NCBI GenBank assembly: GCA_964572695.1 | Contig: CAZNFS010000001.1 | Coordinates: forward strand, 1-55,174 | Reading direction: 5' to 3' | Origin: an uncultured Desulfobacteraceae bacterium | GTDB taxonomy: Bacteria; Desulfobacterota; Desulfobacteria; Desulfobacterales; CAZHA01 | Length of the DNA stretch: 55,174 nt | Part shown: piece by piece, positions 9,623 through 17,773 of the stretch | Layout of the letters: the number at the start of each line of letters is the position of its first letter | Numbering within the stretch: the first letter of the stretch is position 1 | Translations under genes and position numbers: made by a program | Notes under the pieces: model-generated | What the model saw: the letters and a program-made list of their open reading frames with translations, nothing else | What the model was told of the DNA's origin: nothing | The model's database searches: none

Positions 9623-9999
9623 GGCAATTACCCTCCTTTTCCTAAAATAATCCTTGAAAAGTCTCAAAAATCTATACACCCCGAAGATGCAAAAGTCGAG
9701 GATGCTGTAGATCCAAGGCGTCCGAGGGTGGCATCGACTGAGCTCAGCCAAGTCCAGCTGTTCCGATAGAATCGGGACAGAAAACCCCTGTCAACGAAGG
9801 ATATATGGATTTTGAGGTTATTTTGGGTGAATTATAATCGATTTTTTCAAGAATTTATAGTTTTAAAACATATTGGATGACATTAGCGCTAAATTAAGAA
9901 TGAATTTATTTGGATTTCACCTATAGATATTTTAATTATTGTGGTATGGGTAGATTTCAAAAGCGATTGGGAGGATTTGAAGGTAACGTTAACGTAAAA

Positions 10000-10008
10000 G
10001 GGGGGGGG
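10000..10008 (+). repeat. Homopolymeric G9 tract forming the RBS region of the lipoprotein gene
   Basis: Read directly: aaaagggggggggagagATG. The tract ends 4 nt before the ATG at 10013. Confidence 0.95.
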
Positions 10009-10012
10009 AGAG

Positions 10013-10234
10013 ATGAAAAAACTGTTAGTAATAACCATGTTGGTCCTGTTCTTATCCGGTTGCGGAACTTTAGCCGTCGATTCAGAGTTCTGGAAACATG
10101 ATACCCTGTACAAAACTTGTGATCATATGAAATTTAGTTGGTCCGGGCATAGAAATCCAACCGCGGATGACGCCCAAAAAGCTAAAGAACAGGGATGGTG
10201 GGGAATCAACGTTCCGTTTGTTCCCGACGAATAA
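10013..10234 (+). CDS. Small lipoprotein (73 aa)
   Basis: Signal peptide with lipobox: MKKLLVITMLVLFLSGC. A G-rich RBS lies immediately upstream. Confidence 0.65.
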   Translation: MKKLLVITMLVLFLSGCGTLAVDSEFWKHDTLYKTCDHMKFSWSGHRNPTADDAQKAKEQGWWGINVPFVPDE

Positions 10235-10391
10235 TCGGATGCGCTTACAACAGCTCCAATTTGATCGAACAGTTTTGAGGCAAAAACAAAGGCGGTAGAT
10301 CGGGTCCATATTCTAACCTGCCAAATTTTCGGAGAATAAAATATCAACTTCTGAGCCCCCAGTATTGAGGGTGTCATGGATCAAATTATTG

Positions 10392-10430
10392 AAACCCCAT
10401 TTCTGCATAAATGAGATGGGGTTTTGTTTT
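10392..10430. terminator. Strong hairpin between the convergent lipoprotein and RND genes; likely bidirectional terminator
   Basis: 12-bp stem aaaccccatttc/gagatggggttt (one G-U), 9-nt loop, then tgtttt on the plus strand. It lies about 50 nt past the RND stop on the minus strand. Confidence 0.6.
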
Positions 10431-10475
10431 GGAGAAAACCCTGGCAGTATACGTTTCTAACTGTGAGCGCATGGT

Positions 10476-13400
10476 CTACATGCCATCCGGGGTGGTGCCG
10501 GTCAGTCTTTTTTCGGGAATCTGGATTTTTGTCCTTTTCAATGACAATACGAGGCTGAAAAGAGAGGGTATGACGAAGACGGTAAACAGGGTGGAGACCA
10601 GGATACCACCGATGACAACGCTACCCAGACCCCGGTAGAGTTCATTGCCGGCACCTTGTGAAACGACCAGCGGGAGCATGCCGCAAGTGCTGGTCAGGGC
10701 GCTCATAAATATCGGTCTTATTCTTATCTTTACGGCTTCAAGGATTGCCTTCTGGGGGTCTATCAGTTCGTTGCGGATGAAATTCAAGGATTGATGTACG
10801 ATCAGAATCGCATTGTTGACCACAGCGCCGATGAGGATGATAAAACCGAGCATAGTGAGTATGTCCATTTGCTGCCCGGTGAGGGAATGGACAACCGCCA
10901 GAGCAACGACCCCGCCTACAACCGCAAGGGGAACGCTGAACATGATGACAAAGGGGTATAAAAAGGACTCGAAAAGGGAGCACATCAGCAGATAGATAAT
11001 CAAAACCGCCAGTGCAAAATTCCACTGCAAGGCCTTGCGGGCCGAAGTGAGTTTGTCCGCGGTTCCGGCAAGGGTGATATCGACATCCCCCGGGAGTGCT
11101 CCCCGATTTCGTAAGGGGGTAAGGATCTCTGCCTGAAGTCTTCGCATGGCGGTTTCAAGCTCAATCCCGGCAGGGGGTGAGATGACCAGTTTTATGGCCC
11201 GCCGCTCTTCGATGTGGTTAATCTGGGTGGAGCCTTCGGCCCTGATCAGATTGACAAAAGACGAAAGCGGAACGAGTCGTCCATCCTTGACCGCCACGGG
11301 GATTGAGTCGAGATCACCCGTGCTTTTTACGGTTCCCGTGGATGATATGAGTTTTAGGTCGATTTTTTTGTCCTTGTCGCGAAAATCGCCGATAACCGTT
11401 CCGTCCACCATCGTCCTCACGATGAATCCCGCTTCCCGGACGCTTAAGCCCATCTCGCTGGCCCTCTCCTGATCCAATTCAACGATGATTTCGGTGCCGC
11501 CCAGATTGAAATTTGGCGGATCCGGTCGCGGAAATCCAAAGGATTCGGCAATGGCAGGGATTAGGACGACGCCCGCTTTCTTGATAGATTCCATATTGTC
11601 GCCGCTAACTTCAAGATCGATTGCATTACCACCTGATATCCCTCTTTCGAAAAGGGACCTCTGGAAGGCGAATGCCATAGTGCCGGGGATTCCGGAGGCC
11701 GCTTTCTTTATGACTCTCGCCAAAGGTTTCACCCGATTGGGGTCTTTGCTCCTCGCTCCCATGAATGCCGATTGACCAAAGCCTACGAAAAAGTAGTGAT
11801 CAATGGGCGGACCGTCCAAAGCAGCAGCGGCCTTACTCCCGAGTTCCGCCTCCCAATACGGTTTGAGATGTTTTTCAATCTGATGGCCCATTTTTAAAAA
11901 TTCTTCACGGCTGTAACCGGGCGGCGGAATCAAGAAGCCGATAACCAAATTCTGGTTGCCGGCCGGAAGATAGGTCATGGGGGGTAAAAACCGGACGGAC
12001 ATATAGATGGAAACGATGGTAAGACCGGAGACCAGGGCGATGCGTTTTAGGGTGCTTCGGTTGATCCAGGCGACTATAGCACATATAGAATCATTTGCAG
12101 CGCGACCCAGTCGATGGATGAACCGGATCCATCTCCACGATGTCGGCATACGTCCTGATTCCTTTTTATATAGGTGGGCTGAGACGGTGGGAATAAAAAA
12201 AACCGACACCAACAGTGAAAGACCGATTGCGAAGCAGATCGCCAGGGCAATATCACGAAAGAGCTGCCCGGCTTCTTCCTGAATCATAATGACGGGGATA
12301 AAAACCGCCATGGTGGTAAGGGTGCTGGCCAAAACAGCCCCCCACACCTCCTGGGCCCCCCTCAAGCTGGCCTCCCGTGGCGATTCACCTTGCTGGAGAT
12401 GACGGTAGATGTTCTCCAAAATAACGATAGAACTGTCGACCACCATTCCAACGGCAAAGGCCATGCCTGCCAGGCTGATGACATTGATATTTCTGCCCGA
12501 AAAGGCCATAAAGAGAAAAGTACCGATGATACTGATGGGGATGGCAAGGCCGATCACCAGGGTGCTGTTAAAATGCGCCAGGAAAAGGAGAAGCACCGCT
12601 GTTGCCAGTATACCTCCGCGCCAAATGTTCTGGATCACCAGATTTATGGCGCTGTTAATATAGGTCGTTTCATCATATACCTGTTTAAGCTCGAGGTTTT
12701 TTGGCTTTAATATTTCGGCATTGACTCTCTTTACGGAATTATTTAGCCCTTTCATGACCCGAATGACATTGCTCCCGCTTTCCCGGGTCGCATTCATGAC
12801 CAAGGTCGGGGCCCCCTGAGTGCGAACGACAAAATTCTGTTCTTTATATGCAAATCGCGCCGTAGCCACATCCCTTAAATAAATGACGCGGGTGCGGTCT
12901 CTGAGGATAACGGTTTTCAAAATATCTTCGATACGCCTATAGCGGCCGACCGTCCTGACAGAGTAGGATCGCTTCCCCTGGTCGATATTTCCACCTGAAA
13001 TGTCGAGGTTTTGTTTGGTTAGGGCCTCCCGGATATGGCTCATTTTGAGGTTTCTGGAGGCGAGTTTGACCGGGTCTATCTCTACGTGGACCTCGCGCTC
13101 GATGCCGCCGTAGATATTGACGGAGCTGACCCCTGTCACCCTTTCGAGTCTTGGTTTCACAATGTTTTTAAGGAGATCGTTAAACGTGGCGATATCCTCT
13201 CGCGGTGGTGTGCTCTCCAGAATAAACCAGGCGATGGCCCTGGATTCCGATGTCGCACTTGTCTGCACGACCGGCTGGTCCACATTCTGGGGATACTCAG
13301 GGACCTGCCTGAGCTTATCGGACGTGTCCAAAAGGGCGCGCGACATGTCCTTCCCGATACGGAATTCAAGCGTAATCCTTCCCCGGCCGCGGGTACTGGT

Positions 13401-13646
13401 GCTGGTCATCTTTTTTAGCCCGCGGATCGATTTGAGCCTTTCCTCCTGTTCCTCCACGATTTCTCTTTCGATCTCTTGAGGACTGGCGCCCTCCCATCGG
13501 GTCGTGACGGTAATCTCGGGTTTGTCAACGTTCGGAGTGAGCTGGATTGGGAGTTTGAAAAGGGAGATTAGCCCGAAGAGTACCAGCAGAAGAACGCCGA
13601 CGATAACGGTGACAGGCCTTTGAATCGCATAGCGGATGGGATCCAT
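10476..13646 (-). CDS. RND efflux transporter permease (AcrB/AcrD/AcrF family)
   Basis: About 1056 aa with the typical N-terminus MDPIRYAIQRPVTVIVGVLLLVLFG and two large periplasmic loops with 12 TM segments. The start was trimmed to the ATG at 13646, 1 nt after the adaptor stop. Confidence 0.9.
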   Translation of the reverse strand: MDPIRYAIQRPVTVIVGVLLLVLFGLISLFKLPIQLTPNVDKPEITVTTRWEGASPQEIEREIVEEQEERLKSIRGLKKMTSTSTRGRGRITLEFRIGKDMSRALLDTSDKLRQVPEYPQNVDQPVVQTSATSESRAIAWFILESTPPREDIATFNDLLKNIVKPRLERVTGVSSVNIYGGIEREVHVEIDPVKLASRNLKMSHIREALTKQNLDISGGNIDQGKRSYSVRTVGRYRRIEDILKTVILRDRTRVIYLRDVATARFAYKEQNFVVRTQGAPTLVMNATRESGSNVIRVMKGLNNSVKRVNAEILKPKNLELKQVYDETTYINSAINLVIQNIWRGGILATAVLLLFLAHFNSTLVIGLAIPISIIGTFLFMAFSGRNINVISLAGMAFAVGMVVDSSIVILENIYRHLQQGESPREASLRGAQEVWGAVLASTLTTMAVFIPVIMIQEEAGQLFRDIALAICFAIGLSLLVSVFFIPTVSAHLYKKESGRMPTSWRWIRFIHRLGRAANDSICAIVAWINRSTLKRIALVSGLTIVSIYMSVRFLPPMTYLPAGNQNLVIGFLIPPPGYSREEFLKMGHQIEKHLKPYWEAELGSKAAAALDGPPIDHYFFVGFGQSAFMGARSKDPNRVKPLARVIKKAASGIPGTMAFAFQRSLFERGISGGNAIDLEVSGDNMESIKKAGVVLIPAIAESFGFPRPDPPNFNLGGTEIIVELDQERASEMGLSVREAGFIVRTMVDGTVIGDFRDKDKKIDLKLISSTGTVKSTGDLDSIPVAVKDGRLVPLSSFVNLIRAEGSTQINHIEERRAIKLVISPPAGIELETAMRRLQAEILTPLRNRGALPGDVDITLAGTADKLTSARKALQWNFALAVLIIYLLMCSLFESFLYPFVIMFSVPLAVVGGVVALAVVHSLTGQQMDILTMLGFIILIGAVVNNAILIVHQSLNFIRNELIDPQKAILEAVKIRIRPIFMSALTSTCGMLPLVVSQGAGNELYRGLGSVVIGGILVSTLFTVFVIPSLFSLVLSLKRTKIQIPEKRLTGTTPDGM

Positions 13647-13647
13647 G

Positions 13648-14919
13648 CTATGGTTTTTCTCCGTCGGCTTCGATCGGCTGAACGGGTTGCCCCGGGAGGA
13701 GCCGTTCATTCCCCTTGACAACCACGCGTTCATTTTCCCTGAGATCTCCTATTACTTCTATCAAGTTGCCGATGACTCTTCCAGTTTGGACCGCTATCGG
13801 CTTTGCGGTATTGCCGTCGCTTAAAACGACGATCATCTTTTTTCTTTCAGTGAGAATCAGTGCATCCTGCGGGACAAGAAACACTTCCTCTTTGGGGCCG
13901 TATGAAAGCGATACGCGTGCGATCATCCCGATCATCAGCTTTTTATGGGGGTTGTTGAGCGTGATGCGCACGGGAAATGTTCGTGAGGCGGTGTCGGCCA
14001 AAGGGAGAATGGCGGAAACCTTACCCTCCATATGGCCTGGATTCAACGAATCGAAACGGGTCGTGGTCGTGTCATTCAGTTTTACATAAGAAATGATCTT
14101 TTCCGGAACCATGATATCAATTCTGATCGGGTCCATCTGAACCACACGGACGACAGGACGGCCCCTTTCGAGCCACTCTCCGCTTTCAACCAATTTTTTA
14201 ACGATAACCCCTGAAAATGGGCTGCGGATAGAATTTTTGCGAAGTTGTTCCCTGATCAGCTCAACTTTGGCCGACATGCTCCTGACCTTGGCCTTTTGCT
14301 GGGCGATTTTTTCTTTTCGAGTCCCCGCCACAATCAATTCATAGGCAGACTTTCTCTGCTGATAAAGCTCCCGTGCGGCTGTTGTTTCGAGATTTGAGTT
14401 CGTAAATTGTCTTTTCGATATAACTTTTTTATCGTAAAGCTCCTTATTTCGCGTATAGTCATGCTCAACTTTGGTCAGCCGGGCTTGGGCTTCGGACACA
14501 GCTGCCTTTGCCCGTGCAATTTCCATGGGCCTGGGACCACTTTGCAGTTCCTTCAGGTATTCAGAGGCCTGTCTGAGGCCGGCCCTGGCCTCGTTCAACA
14601 GAATGAGGAGTTGGGAATTTTCGAGAATAACCATCACCTCGCCCGCTTCGACTTCATCCCCTTCTTTCACGCGAATCTCTTTAACGAGGCCCGCTACCTC
14701 AGAGCTGACATTTGATATCCTGGGACTGTCCACGGTTCCCACCAAATCGATGGTCGACTGAATCGTCTTTTTCTTGATCCGGGCTACTTCAACCAGAGCC
14801 GGCGGTCTGGAGCGATCCTTCCCTATGCCCCGTTTTTTAACCTCCTTTTGAGCAAAGAGGTTGCCTGCAAAAACAACGAGAAGGGAGACAAAAACGGATA
14901 TGATGATTTTCTTTTTCAT
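13648..14919 (-). CDS. Efflux RND periplasmic adaptor subunit (HlyD/MFP family)
   Basis: Signal peptide, coiled-coil hairpin region, beta-barrel C-terminus. Translationally coupled to the RND permease. Confidence 0.85.
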   Translation of the reverse strand: MKKKIIISVFVSLLVVFAGNLFAQKEVKKRGIGKDRSRPPALVEVARIKKKTIQSTIDLVGTVDSPRISNVSSEVAGLVKEIRVKEGDEVEAGEVMVILENSQLLILLNEARAGLRQASEYLKELQSGPRPMEIARAKAAVSEAQARLTKVEHDYTRNKELYDKKVISKRQFTNSNLETTAARELYQQRKSAYELIVAGTRKEKIAQQKAKVRSMSAKVELIREQLRKNSIRSPFSGVIVKKLVESGEWLERGRPVVRVVQMDPIRIDIMVPEKIISYVKLNDTTTTRFDSLNPGHMEGKVSAILPLADTASRTFPVRITLNNPHKKLMIGMIARVSLSYGPKEEVFLVPQDALILTERKKMIVVLSDGNTAKPIAVQTGRVIGNLIEVIGDLRENERVVVKGNERLLPGQPVQPIEADGEKP

Positions 14920-14993
14920 TGTTGGGAAAAAGCCTTGTTATAGACAGAGAAAAAACTCCCTGAATGGATCTTGTCCAGATTTGGGCCGGTTAA

Positions 14994-15022
14994 AGTATGG
15001 CAAAATTGTTATTGTATGTCAA
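14994..15022 (-). promoter_or_regulatory. Candidate sigma70 promoter of the adaptor-RND operon
   Basis: On the minus strand: TTGACA - 17 nt - CATACT, about 75 nt upstream of the ATG at 14919. Confidence 0.35.
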
Positions 15023-15070
15023 GGTATGAAAGGACACATCATATTGTAGTTATTGGTAATTAGAGAAATA

Positions 15071-15089
15071 CTTTCACGATCTTTCACGA
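15071..15089. promoter_or_regulatory. Perfect 9-bp direct repeat with 10-bp period (ctttcacga t ctttcacga); candidate response-regulator or activator site
   Basis: Read directly. It lies about 50-70 nt upstream of the candidate -35 of the efflux operon. Confidence 0.35.
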
Positions 15090-15129
15090 GGATGATATGC
15101 CATGGAAGAGAAATGTATCCCTCAGACAC

Positions 15130-15169
15130 TGCACAGAAAACAGTGCATTGGTGCACATTTAGTTGTGCA
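15130..15169. promoter_or_regulatory. Two tandem 18-bp palindromes TGCAC-N8-GTGCA; candidate enhancer-binding-protein UAS
   Basis: TGCACAGAAAACAGTGCA (15130-15147) and TGCACATTTAGTTGTGCA (15152-15169). Centres are 22 bp apart, about 155-195 bp upstream of the -24/-12 element. Confidence 0.45.
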
Positions 15170-15322
15170 TATTTTCGAAGTCGCTACTGCAATTAAAAGG
15201 CGATTTTCTCAGACAGCGCATTTTAGTGATACTCCTTAAAAAAGCAAAAGCAACTGAAAATAAAGAGAATTTCAATCCATTTCAATTCGATTTTGTTGCG
15301 CCGAGTCCATCTATGGAGATTT

Positions 15323-15338
15323 TGGCATTGATGTTGCA
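15323..15338 (+). promoter_or_regulatory. Candidate sigma54 (-24/-12) promoter
   Basis: TGGCATTGATGTTGCA fits TGGCAC-N5-TTGCA with correct GG/GC spacing. It lies about 95 nt upstream of the PilZ-protein ATG. Confidence 0.5.
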
Positions 15339-15431
15339 CTATGGATAGGATTGAGGTTTGAGAGAAATTTTCGTCGGAGTTATCAATGGAATCGGGGCGG
15401 CAGCGGGTAGAATTCGGACAAAGGAGCTATA

Positions 15432-17534
15432 ATGGAAGCGGGTTATTCAACAGACATTTCTCAAGCAGAACCTTCAACGGACGGGTTTCGATCGTTAAAA
15501 AACGCCTGGTTTGGGCATCACTATTTCCAGAATGAAGATCTGATTCGAATATCGGATAAGACCGATACGGTCGACCCAAAGACCCTCACCAACATCATTA
15601 ATCATATTCATTTCATGGATCAGTTTGTGCTGGTGCTCCTGCACCAATGCGGGCAAAAGAGCCCGATCCTATTGCGTGCGCGCCCGGAGCCGTACGGGGA
15701 GTGCGCCTTCATTTGCCGATGGGCCGAAAACCATCTGGAGAATAGTGAGTTTGAGAAGTTGCGGTTTGAGTGCTTGATTATTGATGATGGGGAGTCAGCC
15801 ATCCTTGTGCGGGCAAGCTTAGTGGACATAAACAAAAAGCATCTTGTCATTCAAATAAACGAAGCCGGGCACATTGCGGGTAAAAGGCAAATAAAACGTC
15901 ATACCGCCAAGGCGATATCGGTTCAATTGACGCAAAGTGGATTTTCTACAAAAGGTGATCTTGCAGATTTCAGTCCATTTGGTTTTTGTATCCGCCTAAA
16001 TGGCGAACCGTCCGGTTCTTTTGATCGGTTCGATTGGAGCAAACCGATTACGGTGAATCTATTCAAGGATCAACGGATTTTTTATTCCGGTATCTGCCGC
16101 TATGTTCGCCAACTGGAAAAACCGCTATTTAGGGAGATTGTTCTAACTCCCGTTGATCGAAAATACAAACGTTTCCCAAAAAAGCATTTCCGGAACTTTC
16201 GCCAAGAATTGGTTCCGGCTCCAGTCCTTGAATTCGATCATCCGTTTATGGACAGATATATACAGCTGGAGACCAGCGACAGCTCCACCGGCGGCTTTGC
16301 CGTTTATGAGGATGCACATGAACGGGTTCTGCTGCCCGGTATGGTCATCCCGCAACTGAAAATCGCCTTCCCGGGAGGGATGCAATTGGAGTGTGATGCA
16401 CAGGTCATCTACTGCATAATGGGTGAAAACAAAAAAATCCGCAGCGGGATTGCCGTTTTGGATATGAATATCGATACGTATAACCGATTGGCAAATATTT
16501 TGGTCAACGCCAAAGATCCCCACGCACGTATTCCCGGTAAATTAGACCTGGCGGCACTATGGGAATTCTTTTTTGCGACCGGTTTTATCTATCCCCGGAA
16601 ATACGGCCTGATACGCGGTCATCGCGAGGCATTTAAAAAGACTTATCAAACGCTTTACCAGGAGAATCCGGAAATCGCCGTCCCTTTTACCTATCAGAAA
16701 AATGGTCGTATTTATGGTCATATGTCGATGGTAAAGGGATATGAACGTTCATGGATGATTCATCACCACGCGGCGCGAGCCAAAGGTGATAAAAAGGCCG
16801 GGGTCGTGGTGCTAAAGCAGATCATGCATTATTCTAATGGCATTTATCGCCTCCCTTCCGCCAAAATGGACTACGTCTTCTGTTATTACCGGCCTGAAAA
16901 CAAATTTCCCGATCGAGTCTTCGGGGGGGTTGCCAAATCTTTAAACAATGCAAGTGTCTGTTCAATGGATCTTTTTTCTTATCGCCTTTATGCAACGACC
17001 TCCGAAGAGAGCCAGCTCCCGTCGGGATGGTCACTTGAGGAAAGCACAAGATCTCATTTTCAAGAACTGAGACGGTTTTACAGTCAAAATTCAGGCGGAC
17101 TTCTTTTGGATATGTTGAACCTGGAGCAGAGCCAATCAAGTGCTGAGATCACCCAGCGCCTTTATCGGCAGGCGGGCCTCCAGAGGAAATGGAAATTTTA
17201 CTCACTGACCCAAAATGGGAGGTCTAAAGCTGTTTTTTTGGTGAATCAGACCGATTTGGGGCTTAATTTGTCCGAGCTTTTGAACGGCATCAAGGCCATC
17301 ATCATCGACCCCGGAAATCTCCCGACCGCGATATTTACTAAGGCGATTCAGAATCTGGCTTCAATTTACCCGACCGAAAAAATCCCGGCCCTCATTTATC
17401 CATCTAATTACCTTGATGCCTCAGATGGCGATGGGGAAGCAAAAAAATATATGCTCTGGATCTATGATGCGCGAGATGCTGATCCGTTTTTTGAATATTT
17501 AGAACGCAAATTCAGGATTCGCCACTGGAAATGA
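15432..17534 (+). CDS. Tandem PilZ-domain protein with an uncharacterised C-terminal domain of about 335 aa
   Basis: RBS AAGGAG. First motif pair: RQIKR (aa 152-156) with DFSPFG (179-184). Second pair: RKYKR (243-247) with DSSTGG (283-288). Both fit RxxxR...D/NxSxxG. I cannot assign residues from about 365 to 700 to any family. Confidence 0.7.
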   Translation: MEAGYSTDISQAEPSTDGFRSLKNAWFGHHYFQNEDLIRISDKTDTVDPKTLTNIINHIHFMDQFVLVLLHQCGQKSPILLRARPEPYGECAFICRWAENHLENSEFEKLRFECLIIDDGESAILVRASLVDINKKHLVIQINEAGHIAGKRQIKRHTAKAISVQLTQSGFSTKGDLADFSPFGFCIRLNGEPSGSFDRFDWSKPITVNLFKDQRIFYSGICRYVRQLEKPLFREIVLTPVDRKYKRFPKKHFRNFRQELVPAPVLEFDHPFMDRYIQLETSDSSTGGFAVYEDAHERVLLPGMVIPQLKIAFPGGMQLECDAQVIYCIMGENKKIRSGIAVLDMNIDTYNRLANILVNAKDPHARIPGKLDLAALWEFFFATGFIYPRKYGLIRGHREAFKKTYQTLYQENPEIAVPFTYQKNGRIYGHMSMVKGYERSWMIHHHAARAKGDKKAGVVVLKQIMHYSNGIYRLPSAKMDYVFCYYRPENKFPDRVFGGVAKSLNNASVCSMDLFSYRLYATTSEESQLPSGWSLEESTRSHFQELRRFYSQNSGGLLLDMLNLEQSQSSAEITQRLYRQAGLQRKWKFYSLTQNGRSKAVFLVNQTDLGLNLSELLNGIKAIIIDPGNLPTAIFTKAIQNLASIYPTEKIPALIYPSNYLDASDGDGEAKKYMLWIYDARDADPFFEYLERKFRIRHWK

Positions 17535-17773
17535 GACCACTGCAACTGCGGTTATGGTAGCCGATTGCAGTTGATCCTAAAAGTGCCCTTCTAAAGAATG
17601 ATTATTCGTTCGTGACCGCATTAAGCCTGAAATAGGATTTTACAATTCGAAGATTTTATGTTCAAAGAATAACTGGATTATCATAGGATTTTTTATCGTG
17701 TCATAAGCGCTATATTCTGATTCGAATCGCGTGTGTGTATTCTGAAGAGATAAGTTCGGTTGGATCAATAAAA

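Noticed and set aside
13647-13733. The ORF track gives N-terminal extensions for the RND permease (to 13733), ftsZ (to 26256), murC (to 30778), ftsW (to 33207) and the 107-aa form of the small ORF at 9428-9751.
   Set aside because: The extensions overlap the upstream gene or lack an RBS. Internal ATGs give the conserved family N-termini, and for ftsZ and 9428-9622 they follow strong Shine-Dalgarno sequences.
10476-14919. I considered the missing outer-membrane factor next to the RND pair as an anomaly.
   Set aside because: Two-gene adaptor plus permease operons that use a TolC-like protein encoded elsewhere are common, so this is not informative by itself.
15149-15169. tggtgcacatttagttgtgca was considered as a second sigma54 promoter.
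   Set aside because: The GG-to-GC spacing is 17 nt, not the required 12. It is better explained as one of the TGCAC-N8-GTGCA palindromes.
15163-15348. A 61-aa ORF lies in the divergent intergenic region.
   Set aside because: It has no RBS, its peptide is AT-rich and low complexity, and it spans the predicted UAS-to-promoter DNA.
17546-17578. The hairpin actgcaa...ttgcagt after the PilZ gene was considered as a terminator.
   Set aside because: It has a short 7-bp outer stem with a poorly paired interior, and no U-tract follows. I could not support it as an intrinsic terminator.
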